Shown here: positions 43,372-56,771 of the stretch, one piece after another
Layout of the letters: every line of letters starts with the position of its first letter
Position numbering within the stretch: position 1 is the stretch's first letter
Assembly (NCBI RefSeq): GCF_009914755.1
Contig: NC_060947.1
DNA length: 64,000 nucleotides
Source of the DNA: the human T2T-CHM13v2.0 reference genome, Homo sapiens
Direction: 5' to 3' (one strand)
Program-made: the position numbers and the translations under genes
The notes under the pieces: generated by a model
What the model was told of the DNA's origin: nothing
The model's database searches: none
The model's input: only the letters and a program-made list of their open reading frames with translations

Positions 43372-44451
43372 TGTTGCAGGAAGCCTGGGACCCTGAATGG
43401 AGTGACCGGCTGGAGCCATGGCAGAGGAACATAAATTGTGAAGATTTCATTGACATTTATCAGTTCCCAAAATTAATACTTTTATAATTTCTTATGCCTG
43501 TCTTTAATCTCTGAACATAAATTGTGAAGATTTCATAGATATTTATCAGTTACCAAATAATACTCTTATTATTTCTTATGCCTGTTTTTAATCTCTTAAT
43601 TCTGTTATCTTTGTAAGCTGAGAATGTATGTCACCTCAGGACCACTATTGTACAAACTGATTGTAAAACATGTGTGTTTGAACAATATGAAATCAGTGCA
43701 CCTTGAAAAAGAACAGAATAATAGCGATTTTCAGGGAACAAGGGAAGACAACCATAAAGTCTGAGTGCCTGTGGGGTCGGGTAGAATAGAGTCATATTTT
43801 TCTTCTTGCAGAGAGCCTATAAATGGACATGCAAGTAGGAGAGATATTACTGAATTCTTTTCCCAGCAAGGAATATTAATAATTAATACCCTGGGGAAGG
43901 AATGCATTCCTGGGGGGAGGTCTATAAACGGCTCCTCTGGGAGTGTCTGTCTTATTCAGTTGAGATAAGGACTGAAATATGCCCTGGTCTCCTGCAGTAC
44001 CCTCAGGCTTACTAGGATTGGGAAATTCCAGCCTGGTAAATTTTGGTCAGACCATTTCTCTGCTCTCGAACCCTGTTTTCTGTTAAGATGTATATCAAGA
44101 GAATACATGCACAGCTAAATGTAGACCCTCATCAGTAATTCTAATTTTCCCCTTTGCCTTGTGATCTTTGCTTTGTCATTTGCCTTATGATCTTTATTGG
44201 CCTCAGAAGCATGTGATATTTGTTACCTACTCCCTGTTCGTACACCCCCTACCCTTTTGAAATCCTTATAAAAACTTCCTGGTTTTGCAGCTCAGGTGGG
44301 GCATTACAGACCTACCGATATGTGATGTCACCCCCGGTGGCCCAGCTGTAAAATTCTTGTCTTTGTACTCTTTCTCTTTATTTCTCAGACTGGCCGACAC
44401 TTAGGGAAAATAGAACCTATGTTGAAATATTGGGGGTGGGTTCCCCCGATA
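43372..44451 (+). mobile_element. MER11 solo LTR (HERV-K11/HML-8)
   Basis: TGTTGCAGGAAG...GGGTTCCCCCGATA, 1080 bp; perfect 6-bp TSD ATCATC (43366-43371 / 44452-44457). Confidence 0.93.
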
Positions 44452-45489
44452 ATCATCAAACGTTATATCTGAAAGTTTTGGTAGACATTCCAAAAAAACC
44501 TTAAAATCCTGTTCCATTCTCAATATTTGTGTAGATATATATATATATAAGATCCTCAGTAAAAGAGATATAATTCCAAGTTATTTTTATATGAATTTAA
44601 TGAATTTTCAAATTGTCTCCCTCCAGTTAATATATGCTTATATTTCAGTATATTAAAGTAAATAAGTGAAATTGATGTAAGCATTAAATTTGAGATAGTA
44701 AGCTCAGAAAAATTATTTCACTATGTGAATAAATATTTCTTATTTAAAGCAGAAGTTATAATATTTTAACGTATCAGAGGTTAGAATGTAAGGCTCTGTA
44801 AAAGTTGTATTTCTATGAAAACTTCAGAAGTACTTGGTCTCCTGTAGAAAACTTCCTTTTCTAATTTCTCTTCATCTTTCCTCTGTAAAAAAGTACCTCT
44901 TTTGAAGGAACAAAACAAGCAATGCACTTTTGGTATCAGGTTCATAACAAACAAAAATCAGAGGTGAGAGATATAGATCAAAAATGAATGGCTCATTTGG
45001 AATATATAAAATGAAATGAAATGAAATGGAATCAAGTTGTCCTGAGTTGCAAATTTTCTCACAAAACCTTAGTCTTAGCTCTGTAATAAACAGGTCCTAT
45101 TTATGTTGGCTCATTAAACTGCCCTACACAAAATTGCTTGAAGTTCTAAATTAGTTTTCTGTGATTATAATTACAGTTTATGGAAATAATTACTTTATAA
45201 TTCAATAATTCTTCAGATAATTCTCTTGATACTTAACTTTGGAAATTTTTGTTGTGTTCTATCTTTCTAATCATAAATGAAATCAAACTACTTAATTGCA
45301 ATTACATTAGAACGTTAAAAATATGATGGATTCTCTTTATCTTCACTTTCTTATACCTCTCCCCATAAATTCTTCTTTTTTGAATTTTTTAAGAATTCTC
45401 ACACCATTTTCCATGATCAAATCCCACAGTGGTTAATAACACTTCCTTTCAAGGAAATTCAAGATTGGTGAATATGGAAGGATTGTTTC

Positions 45490-46230
45490 AAAAGCTTGTT
45501 GCAATACTCCTTCCCATCAACAATATATCCTATTCCATGTGTCCACTGGCAATGTGATTTTTCTAATTCTACCATCAATAGGACGGGTTTATATCTCTTC
45601 CACTCTGAATATGGGCTGGCTTGCGACTTGTGAACATCAAAAAAAATGACAAATGTATTATTGGCAAGTCAGAATAAGACTCTCCTTCCAAAGATGCTTA
45701 CATGAAATGAATGAACATGTTATGTTACATAGAAAAAGAGAATTAAAATTAAGGTTGCTAGATGACTTTTAAATGAGGAAATTATTATGAATTATCTGGA
45801 CAAGTATGAAGGTAATTATAAGAATCCTTAAAAGTGGAAAAGTGGTGGAGAAGAGAAGTGTCAAAGTGAGATGTGTCTATGAAAGAATGGTAAAAAAAAA
45901 TATATATATATGCAGTGTTACTGGGTTTAAAGTGGAGAAATGGAGCTACCAGCCAAAGAATGTGAACACCCTTGAGAGATTCAAAAACTGGAGGAAACAT
46001 ATTGTCCTGTAGAGTCTCCAGGAAGGACTACAGCCTTACTGGCACCATGATTATTAGCTCAGTGAGACCTGTGTTAGACTTCTTACTTACAGAGCTGCAA
46101 GATAATACATTTGCATTTTAAAATCTCTAAGTTTGTGGTAATGTTTACAACAGTATTAAAGAACTAATACAGCAAACTCCAAGTGCTGGACAAAAATAGG
46201 CCTTTAATCTTCCACATTCACTCTCTTCAA
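45490..46230 (+). mobile_element. MLT1D-like LTR (45660-46171) nested in an older MLT1G/H-like LTR
   Basis: Inner element has CAGAATAA...CCAAAGATG and ends GAACTAATACA; outer pieces include TGAATATGGGCTGGCTTGCGACTTG. Confidence 0.7.
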
Positions 46231-46829
46231 GCTATGAGAAACTATGGTAATGTTGCTCCAATACTACTTCAACAGCAGTCCCTGGTAACTACCATTCTAC
46301 TCTTTGCTTCTATGAGATTATCTTTTGTAGATTCCATATATAAGTGAGAACGTGTCATATTTGACTTTCTGTTTCTGGCTTATTTCACTAAACATAATGC
46401 CTTCCAAGTTCATCCATGCTAATGCAAATGACAGGATTTCCTTCATTTGAAGGTTGAATCGTATTTTATCGTGCGCATATGCCACATTTTCTTTATCCAT
46501 TCATCTGTCTACAAAAATATAGGTTGTTATCCACATTGTGGCTACAGTGATTAGAGCTTCAGTGAACATGTGAGTGCTAATATTATTTTGAGACCTTGAT
46601 TTCAATTCTTTTAAACAAATATCCAGAGTGGGACTGTTATATTATATGGCAGTTACATCTTTAATTTATTTTAGGAAGCTCCAAACTATTTTCCATGGTA
46701 GGGGCACCATTTTGTATTACAACCAACAATGCACATGAGTTCCAATTTCTCACATCATTGTCAATACTTGTCTTTTGATTTTTTGATGATAGTCATCGTG
46801 ACAGGTGTGAAATAATTTTTTATTATGTA

Positions 46830-47670
46830 TTTATTTAAACTTTTATTTTAAGTTCAGGGGTACAAGTGCAGGTTTGTTACATAGGTAACTTGGGTCATGA
46901 GGGTTTGTTGTATAGATTATCTCACCACTCGAGTATTAAGCCTCATATCCATTAGTTATTTTGACTTATCCTCTCCCTCTTCCCACCCTCTGTGCTCTGA
47001 AAGGCACCAATGTGTGTTGTTCCCCTCTACATGCCCATGTGTTCCCATCATTTAGCTCCCACTTATAATTGATAACATGTGGTATTTGGTTTTATTTCCT
47101 GTTAGTTTTACAAAGATAATGGTCTACAGCTCCATCCACGGTCCTGCAAAGGACATTATCTCATTTTTTATGGCTGTGTAGTATTCCATGGAGTATATGT
47201 ATCATATTTTCTTCATCCAGTTTATCCCTGATGGACATTTGGGTTGACTCCATGTCATTGCTATTGTGAGTAGTGCTGTAATGAACATACATGTGCATGA
47301 ATCATATATGAAAAACCCACAGCCAACATCATACTGAATAGGCAAAAGCTGAAAGCATTCCTCTTGAAAACTTGCACAAGACAACTATGCTTTCTCTCAC
47401 TACTCCTATTCAACATAGTATTGGAAGTTCTGGCCAGGGCAATAACATAAGAGAAAGAAATGAAAGGCGTCCAATAGGAAGAGGGGAAGTGAAACCATCC
47501 CTGTTTGCAGATGACATAATCCTGTATTTAGAAAACCTTATAGTCTCAGCCCAAAAGTTTCCTAAGCTGTTAAATAACTTCAGCAAATTCTCGGGATACA
47601 AAATCAATGTACAAATATCACTAACATTTCTATACACTAACAACAGTCAAGCTGGGAGCCAAATCAGGGA
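46830..47670 (-). mobile_element. Older L1PA (PA13-16-like) with 5' inversion
   Basis: Minus-strand tail, 3' UTR and ORF2 end at 46830-47300, joined directly to a plus-strand RT segment at 47301-47670 (SLFADDIILYLEN). Confidence 0.85.
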
Positions 47671-48448
47671 TATTTCACTGTAGTTTTGATTTGTATTTCC
47701 TCGATGAATACTGATGTTGATTTTCTTCATGATACCTGCTGATCATTCGATGTCTTATTTGGAGAAATGTCTATTCAAGCTTTCAGCTCATATTTTAATT
47801 GGGTTGTTTTTTGGTATTGAATTGTAGAAGTGCCTTATATATTTTGGATGTGAACTATTTATCAGAAATGTGGTGTGAAAATATTTTCTCCTATTCTAAA
47901 GACTGCTTTTGACTCTGTTAGTTGTTTCCTTTTTCTAAAGAAGCCTTTTATTTTAATGAAGTCCCCTTGTTTACATTTGTTTTTCTTGCCTGTGCTTTTG
48001 GTGTCACAGTCATAAAATCACAGCCAAGAAAAATGCCATTAAATTCTCCCCTATGTTTTCTTTTAGAAGTTTTAGAGTTTCAGGTTTTACAATTAAGCAT
48101 TTAATCAATTTTGAGTTGAATTTTATATATGGTTCAAGATAAGGGTCTAATTTTCCTATTCTGCATGTGTATATCCGCTTTTCCCAGCATGATTTATTGA
48201 ACAGAATACCTTTTTCTCTATTGTGTATTTTTGGCAATCTTATTGAAGATCAGTTGACCATTTATTTCTGGGCTCTCTATTCTCTTCCATTAGTCTAAAT
48301 GTGTATCTTTATGTTTATACCATACTGTTCCCAAAACTGTAGCCTTTAATATGTTTTAAAATTGAGAGAGTAATGCCTGCAAATTTTTGTTTTCCACAAG
48401 ATTTATTTGGATATTTGTTCTTTTTTAGTTCCATATGAATTGTAGAAT

Positions 48449-48451
<3 letters not shown>

Positions 48452-48482
<31 letters not shown>

Positions 48483-48494
48483 CTGTGTGTGTGT
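48452..48494. repeat. (TG)n microsatellite
   Basis: About 14 perfect TG units plus an interrupted extension. Confidence 0.95.
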
Positions 48495-49923
48495 AAACAC
48501 CACAGGAACTTTGGCTGAGTTTGCATTGAATCTATATATCCCTTTTAGTAGTGTGTACATTGAAACAATATTAAAGCTTCCAATCTATAAACACAGAAAG
48601 TCTTTTCATATGTTTGTGACTTCCATAATTTCTTTCATCAATAACATGCAGTTTTCCATGTAGAATTTTTTTACCATCTTGGTTTATTTCTATTTTATTG
48701 GTGTTATTGTAAATGAGATTGTTTTTCAGATTTTTAAAAATAGTTTTCTGTTGTACAAAAACATAATTTATATATAACAGAAATTATATGTTGATTTTTT
48801 ATTCTGTTAACCTTACTAAATTTATTAATTCTAAAATTCTTTCTATTAAGTCTTTAAGGCCTTGTCCCTTAAAAATTATATCATCGGCAAACAGAGATCA
48901 CTTTATTTCTTCCTTTCCTATTTGGATGCCTTTTATTTATTTTTCTTTCCTAATTACTCTGGCTAGGACTTTTTGTACTATGTTGAATAAAAGTAAGGAG
49001 GTGGCATTACTTGCTTTTTCCTGATCCTAGGGGAAACGGTTTCGGTCTTTCCAGGTGAGTGTGATGCTAGCTATTGGCTTCTCTTATATAGCCATTGTTA
49101 TAATGAGTTAATTTCCTATTTCTAGATTGTTGAGAGTTTTTATCATGAAAGCCTGTTGAATTTTGTCAATTTATTTTTCTGCATGTGACTTATTCTTTAT
49201 CCTGTTATCATGGCATTGCACATTAATTGATGCGGATATGTTGAATTATCTTTGCATCTCAATCATACATCCCACTTTGTCATGATTAGTGATCCTTCTA
49301 ATGTACTGTTTAGTTTGGTTTGCTGATATTTTCTTGAGAACTTTTGTATCTATATTCACCAAAATATTGGCCGGTGCCTTTGTCCAACTTTGCTATAAGA
49401 GTAATGTTGGCCTTATAAACTGAGTTTGGAAGTATCCTCTCTTCTTCATTCTGCTAGGAGATTTTGAGAATAACTGGTATTAATTCTTTCTCAAATATTT
49501 TGTAGAATTCACTAGTGAACCCAGGGATTCACAAATCCAGAGCTTTTTTTGTTGTTGTTAGGTTGTGCTTTAATTACCAATATAATGTCCTTAACAGTTA
49601 CAGGTCTGTTTAGATTTTCTGTTTCATTATGATTCACTGTTGTGAGGTTGAATGTTTTTAGGAGGTATCCATTTTTTTTAGGTTATCCAATTTGTATAAT
49701 TGTTAATAGTATTCTATTATTGTCTTTTTTATTTTTTGGCACAAGTTATAATGTCTTCTCTTTTATTTCTGAATTTATTTGTATGTTCTCTTTTGTTCTT
49801 AATAAGTCTAGCTAAGGATTGTCCATTTAATATTTTCAAAAAATAAACTCTTTGGTTGATTTAATCAGTTTTTTAAAAATTTCCTGTATTGTTTATCTTG
49901 GCTCTGAGTTTTGTGATTTCTTC

Positions 49924-50230
49924 TTTTTTTTTTTTTTTTTTTTTTTTTTGAGTCAGAGTCTCCCTCTGTCACCCAGGCTGGAGTGTGGTAGCGTGATCTT
50001 GGCTCACTGCAACCTCCACTTCCCAGGTTCAAAATATTAGTGATCTCATCCTCCTGAGTAGCTGGGATTACAGGTGCCCGCCACCACACCAAGCTAATTT
50101 TTGTATTTTTTTGTAGAGACAGCGTTTCACCATGTTACCAGGCTGGTCTTGAACTCCTGACCTCAAGTGATCTGCCCGCCTCGGCCTCACAAAGTGCTAG
50201 AATTACAGGCGTGAACCACAATGCCTGGCC
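49924..50230 (-). mobile_element. AluS (Sx/Sz-like), no TSD visible
   Basis: T26 tail, then reverse-complement dimer ending ATGCCTGGCC. Confidence 0.95.
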
Positions 50231-50282
50231 TGTTAGGTCCATTGGTCTGTAGTGCTTATTCAAGTTTTTTATTTCTGTAATA

Positions 50283-53200
50283 TTTCTTTTTAATTTTGTG
50301 GATACATAGTAAGTTTAAGTGTTTATAGTGCACATAATGTTTTGATACAGAGATACAAAATGAAGTAAACACATCATGGAGAATGGGGTATGCATCACTT
50401 CAAGCATTTATCCTTTGATTTATAAATGATCTAATTATATTTCTAAATTTATTTCAAAATTTATAATTAAGTTATTGTTTACTAAAGTCACCCTATTGTG
50501 CTATAAAAAGTAGGTCTTATTCATTGTTTCTGATTTCTGTACTCCCAAAATAGATTAAACATACCCACCTCTCTTCCCCCGGCTCCTGCCCACTCCTACA
50601 CTTTCCAGTCTCTGGTAACAATCCTTCTACTCTCTATCTGCATGAGTTCAATTGATTTTATTTTTAGAATAGCTCACACAGTTATGTGAGAACATGTGAT
50701 GTTTGTCTTTCTGCGCCTGGCTTCTTTCAATTAACATTATGATCTTCACTTCCATCCACATTGCTGCAAATGACTGGATCTCATTATTCCTTATGGATGA
50801 ATAGTACTGCAGTCCTAATATGTACCACATTTTCTTTATCCATTGATCTATTGATGGACACTTAGGTTGGTTCTAAATCTTAGCTGTTGTAAACAGTGCT
50901 GCAATAAACATAGGAGGGCAGATATATTTTTGATGCACTAATTTTCTTTCTTTTGGGGATATACATAGCAGTGAGATTGCTGGATTTTATGGTAGCTATA
51001 TTTTATTTTTTTGAGGAACCTCCAAACTGTTCTCCATAATGCTGTTATTAATTTACATTCCCACCAATAGTGTACAAGTGTTCCCTTTTCTCCACCTCCT
51101 CACCAGTATTTACTATTACCTGTATTTTGGATAAAAGGCATTTTAAATGGAGTGAAATGACATCTCATTTTAGTTTTGATTTGCATTTATCTGATGATCA
51201 ATAATGTTGAACAACTTCTCATATGCCTGTTTGCCATTGGTATGTCTTCTTTTTATACATGTCTATTCAAATCTTTTGTCTATTTATTGATCAGATTAGT
51301 AGAATATTTCCTATAGAGTTGTTTGAGATCCTCATATATTCTAGTTACTAATCCCTTGTCAGAGGGGTAGTTTGCAAATCTTTTCTCACATTCTGTGGGT
51401 TGTATCTTCACTTTGCTTATTGTATCCTATTCTGTGCAAAAGCTTTTCAACGTTATGTGATCCCATTTGTCTATGTTTGCTTTGGTTTCCAGTACTTGTA
51501 AGGTATTGCTCAAGAAATCTTTGCCCAAAGGTCCTGAAGGTTTTCCCCAATATTTTCCTGTAGGATTTTCATAGTTTCAGGTTATAGATGTAAGCATTTA
51601 ATCCATTTTGATTTCATTTTCTATATGGTGAGAAATAGGTGTATAGTTCCATTCTTTGGCATATAGATATCCAGTTCTCCCAATGTCATTTATTGAAGAG
51701 GCTATCTTTTCTCCAGTATATTCTTGGCATCTTTGTAAAAAATGTGTTTACTGTAGGTGTGTACATTTGTTTCTTGGTTCTCTATGCTGTTGCATTGGTC
51801 TATGTATTTGTTTTTATGCCAGTGCCATGCTGTTTTGGTTATTATGGCACTATAGTATAATTTGATAGAGGTAACGTGATTCCTCCAGTATTGTTCTTTT
51901 TGCTTAGGATAGTTTTGGCTATTCTGCATCTTTTTTGTTTCCCTATAAATTTTAGAATTGTTTTTTCTATTCTGTGAAGAACTTCTTTGGTATTTTAATA
52001 GGTATTGCATTGAATCTGTAGATTGCTTTGGTTTGTACGGACATTATGACAATATTGATTCCTCCAATCCATGAACATGGAATATTTTCCTATTTTTTGG
52101 TGTCTTTTTCAATTTTCTTCATCAGTGTTTTATAATTTTTAGTATAGACATCTTTCACTTCTTTGGTTAATTCCTAGGAATTTAATTTCATTTGTGGCTA
52201 TTGTAAATCAGAGTAAATTTTCATTTTTTAACATTGTTCACTATGGGCATAAAGAAATGCTGCTGATTTTTGTATGTTGATTTTGTATCCTCTAAATTTA
52301 CTGAATTCCTCTATCAGTTCTCATGGTTTTCTTGTGGAGTCTTTATGTTTTTCCAAATATAAGATCATATCATCTGCAAACAATGATAGTTTGACTATTT
52401 CCTTTCCAATTTTGATGGCCTTTATAGATTTCTCTTGTCTAATTGCTGTACCTAGCACTTCCAGTATGTTGTTGAATAACAGTGGTGACAGTGAGCATCC
52501 TCGTTGTCTTCAAGATCTTAGAGAAAAGGCTTTCAATTTTTCCCACGCAGCATGATATTAGCTATGGGTCTGTCATATGTGGCTTTTATTATGTTGAGTT
52601 GTGCTCCATCTGTACCTAGGTTTTGAGAATTTTCATAATAAAAGGATGTTGAATTCTACTGAATGCTTTCTCAGCATCGATTGAAATGATCATATGACTT
52701 TGATGCTTCATTCTATTCATATAATGTATCACATTGATTCATTTGTATATGTTGCATCATCCTTGCATCCCAGGGAAAAATCCTGTTTGGTCATGAGAAA
52801 TGATCTTTTTAATGTATCCTGGAATTTTGTTTGCTAGTATTCTGTTTTGGATTTTTGCATCAATATTCAGCAGATATATTGGCCTATAGTTTTCATTTTT
52901 GATATGTCTTTGTCTAGGTTTGGTATCAGAGAAATACTGGCCTCATAGAATCAGTTTGAAATTATGCCTTCATCTATTTTTCAGAATAGTTTGAGTAAGA
53001 TTGGTATTAGCGCTTTAAATGTTTGGTAGAATTCAGTAGTGAATCCATCAGTTCTTGGGCTTTTCTCTACTGGGAGACTTTTTATTATGGCTGTGAACTT
53101 GTTACTTATTGGTCAGTTCATGTTTTGTATTTCTTCTTGATTCAATCTTGGTAGTTTGTATGTATCGGGCAATTTGTTCATTTCTTCTAGATTTTCCAAC

Positions 53201-55370
53201 TTATTGGTATATAGTTGTTCATATTAGCCACAATTGATCATTTGAATTTCTGCAATATCAGTTGTAATGTCTCCTTTTTCATTTGTGATCTTATTTCTTT
53301 AGATCTCCTTTCTTTTCTTCTTAGTCTAGCTAAAGGTCAGTCAATTTTATATTTTTTAAAACAATACAACTTTTTCTTTACTTGATATCTTATATTTTTG
53401 TTTCATTTGCATTTCATTTATTTCAGCCCTGAGTTTTAACATTTCTTTTCTTCTACTAATTTGGGGTTTGTCTTGGTCTTGCTTTTCTAGTTCTTTAAGG
53501 TGCACTGTTAGATTGTTTACATGAAGTCTTTCCTCTATTTGGATGTAGGCACTTATAGCTATAAACATCCCCCTAAATACTGCTTTTACTGTATACTATA
53601 GGTTTTGGTATGCTGTGTTTCCATAATCATTTGTTTCAAGAAATTTTTAATTTCCTTCTTAGTTTTTTCATTGACCCACTGGTCATTCAGGAGTACATTA
53701 TTTAATATCCATGTATTTATATAGTTTCTAAAATTCCTTTTATTAATTTATAGTTTTATTCCATTGTGGTCATGGAAGATGCTTGATATTATTTCAGTTT
53801 TTGAATATTTTAAGACTTGTTTTCTGAACTAACATATGATCTATCCTTGAGAATGATCCATGGGATGAGGAAAATAATGTTTATTCTACAGCGCTTAGAT
53901 GAAATGTTCTGTCAATATCTATTAGATCCATTTGGTCTGTAATGAAGATTAAGTCTGATGTTTCTTTGTTGATTTTGTGTCTGGAACATCTGTCCAATGC
54001 TAAAAGTGGGGTGTTGAAGTCTCCAGCTATAATACAGGGGGCTACCTTTCTCTTTGGCTCAAACAATATTAGCGTTCTATATCTGGGTGCTCCAGTGATG
54101 GAGGCAGATATATTTAAGATTATGTCATCATCATGCTGAATTGACTCTCTAATTATTATATAGTGATCTTCTTTGTCTCTTCTAACAGTTATTTCACTGA
54201 AATCTCTTTGTTTGACATAAGAATAGTGACTCCCTCTTTTTTTGGCTCCCAATGGCTTGAGATTTCTTTTTCCAGCCCTTTTTTTCTTTTCAGTCTATGT
54301 GTATCTTTGTAGGTGAAGCATGTTTCTTCTAGGCAACAGACCAATAGGTCTTTTTTTTTTTATACATTCAGCCAGTCTATATCTCTTAATTGGAGATTTT
54401 AGTCCATTTACTTTCTATGTAATTATTGATAAGTAAGGACTTACTCTTACAATTTTATTATTGTTTTCTGGTTGTTTTGCAGTCTCTTTCTATCCTTCCA
54501 GTATTCCTCTAGTGAAGGTGATTTTCTCTGGGATATAATTTAGTTTCTTGATTTTTATTTTTTATGTATCCATTGTATGTTTTTTGGTTTGAGGTTACCC
54601 TGAGGTTTGCAAATACTATCTTATAACCTACTATTTTAACCTAATAACAACACTATTGGCACAAAAAAGTAATTAGCAAAAAGAAAACTAAAAATGATTC
54701 TACACCTTAACTGTATCTCCCTGCTTTTTAACATTTTATTGTTTATATTTATATCTTATTTTCTTGACTATGTCCCGAAAAGTTGTCGTGGTTGTTATAT
54801 TTGATTAGTTTATCCTTTATACTTTGGTTAAGAGGAGTTTACATACCACAGTTACAGTGTTATACTATTCTGTGTTTATCTGTGTGCTTACTATTGCCAG
54901 TGGGTTTTGCACTTTCAGGTGATTATTTATTGCTCGTTAATTTCCTTTTTCCTTCTGATTGATATACTCCCTTTAGTATTTCTTAGAAAACAAGTTTGGT
55001 ATTGATAAAATCTCTCATCTTTTGTTTGCCTCGGAAAGTCTTTATTTCTTCTCCACATTTGAAGGATATTTTCATTGGATATACAATTCTAGGTTAACAG
55101 TTATTTTCCTTCAGCACGTAAAATATGTCATGCCACTGTCTCCTGGCCTGTAAGATTTCCACTGAAAAGTCTGCTCTCAGATATATTGAAGCTCCATTGT
55201 ATGTCATTTGTTTCTTTTCTTTTGCTGCTTTTAGAATACTTTCTTTATCTTTGACCTTTGGGAGTTCATTAATTCCTTTGAGGTAGCCTTCTTTGGGTTC
55301 AATCTGCTTGGTGTTCTGTAACCTTCTTCAATGTGGATACTGATATCTTTCTCAAGGTTTAGGATAAACC
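50283..55370 (-). mobile_element. L1MA1/2-like element, ~5 kb, 5'-truncated within ORF1
   Basis: 3' UTR CACATCATGGAGAATGGGGTA; antisense ORF2 ([16 protein letters not shown]; IIAGDFNTPLLALDR); ORF1 end at ~55000-55370. Confidence 0.9.
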
Positions 55371-55589
55371 TTGAGATAATTTCATAAAATGACATTATCA
55401 ACGGGAATAGAATATCACCAAATGTCATATTTTATGGTTCCTTAAAGCATCTCATTCCTAATATTTACATAAAAAGCTTTTTTGTTAGTCTATTGTTACC
55501 TCCAAGTGTTATATGTATTACCTCAGACATCAGTGACTAAAATATTTGTCTACATTTTTCACCAAAGGTTTTCCATGCAGCAGCTTTAA

Positions 55590-55993
55590 CACTGGGCAAG
55601 TTCTACACAAAGTGAGAAATCCAAGGCTTTTGATCTGTTCTTCAATGGAGCGACCAGACAGGTTAATAAATCACAAATCCTCTCAAATGAGTTCCACTCT
55701 GCTTCCTACAGTATTGTGCTGATATCAGAAATGTGTGCTTTTATTTTGATGGCTACCATTGAGCTGGGGAGTGGGGAATGAGACCAGGTAAGTTATAATG
55801 CTGCACAGTTTGCCGTTCTTATCAACATCAGAGAGTTCTTCTTCAGTAAACATTTATCTTCTTGCTGCAAGATTTTGGTTAGTTTCCAGAATTCCACAAA
55901 AGTTTATTCTGACTGTCTTTGCTGGTTTTATTCTCGCTTTTGTGAAAATATAAATTTTTGGTGTTCCTTATTTCATAATTTTCACTGAAGTCT
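55590..55993 (-). mobile_element. L1M4/L1MB-type 5' end fragment
   Basis: Reverse complement reads GACTTCAGTGAAAATTATGAAATAAGGAACACCAAAAATT, resembling L1M4 5' termini. Confidence 0.55.
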
Positions 55994-56696
55994 TCCCTGT
56001 GCCTGTTTATTAAATCCCATGAAATCCCTTTTTTCTTGGTTCAAAATTTTCTAGATTAATACTCTAGATTTTTAAAATAAGATACATAACTGATAAACAT
56101 CATAGTCATTGAATTTCTATAGTATTTTTAGTTTGCTTTTATTCTTAGTAATTATTTTCCAATTATCTTCCCGAGAGTTTCCAACAATGTATACACTCAT
56201 CAGTAACATATGAGTGCTTTGTTTTAAAGCTCTCATTACAGAGTCAGTTATGTTAAATACTGAATATAGCAGATCAGGGAACCTGGGAGGCAAACTACAA
56301 GTATCATCAGTTTTAAAATATTTGTAATTTTAGGTGGAGCCAAGATGGCCAAATAGGAACAGCTCCAGTCTACAGCTCCCAGCAGGAGCGACACAGAAAA
56401 TGAATAATTTCTGCATTTCCAACTGAGGTACCAGGGGCAACTCACTGGGGATTGTTGGACAGTGGGTGCAGTACACCAAGCCTGAGCTGAAGCAGGGGAA
56501 GGCATCGCCTCACCTGGGAAGTGCAAGGGGTCAGGGAATTCCCTTTCCTCCTAGCCAAGGAAAGGGGTGACAGACGGTACCTGGAAAATCAGGTCACTCC
56601 CAACCTAATACTGCACTTTTCCAACAGTCTTAGCAAATGGCACAACAGAAGATTATATGCTGTGCCTGGCTCGGACGTTCCTACGCCCTCAGAACC

Positions 56697-56771
56697 TCAC
56701 TCATTGCTAGCACAGCAGTCTGAGATCAAACTGCAAGGCAGCAGCAAGGCTGGGGAAGGGGCGCCCGCCAT
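56697..56771 (-). pseudogene. L1 ORF0, truncated to 24 codons
   Basis: MAGAPSPALLLPCSLISDCCASNE* matches the N-terminus of primate L1 ORF0 (MAGAPPPASLPPCSLISDCCASN...). Confidence 0.85.

Larger units (their letters stand above)
46270..50270 (-). mobile_element. Old L1MA/MB (3' end plus ORF2), interrupted by an L1PA, a (TG)n and an Alu
   Basis: CCCTGGTAACTACCATTCTACTCT...TAGATTCCATATATAAGTGAGA 3' UTR; antisense ORF2 at 47670-49920 and 50231-50270. Confidence 0.85.

Noticed and set aside
45008-45032. (GAAAT/GGAAT)n as satellite II/III
   Set aside because: Only 4-5 units; a trivial simple repeat
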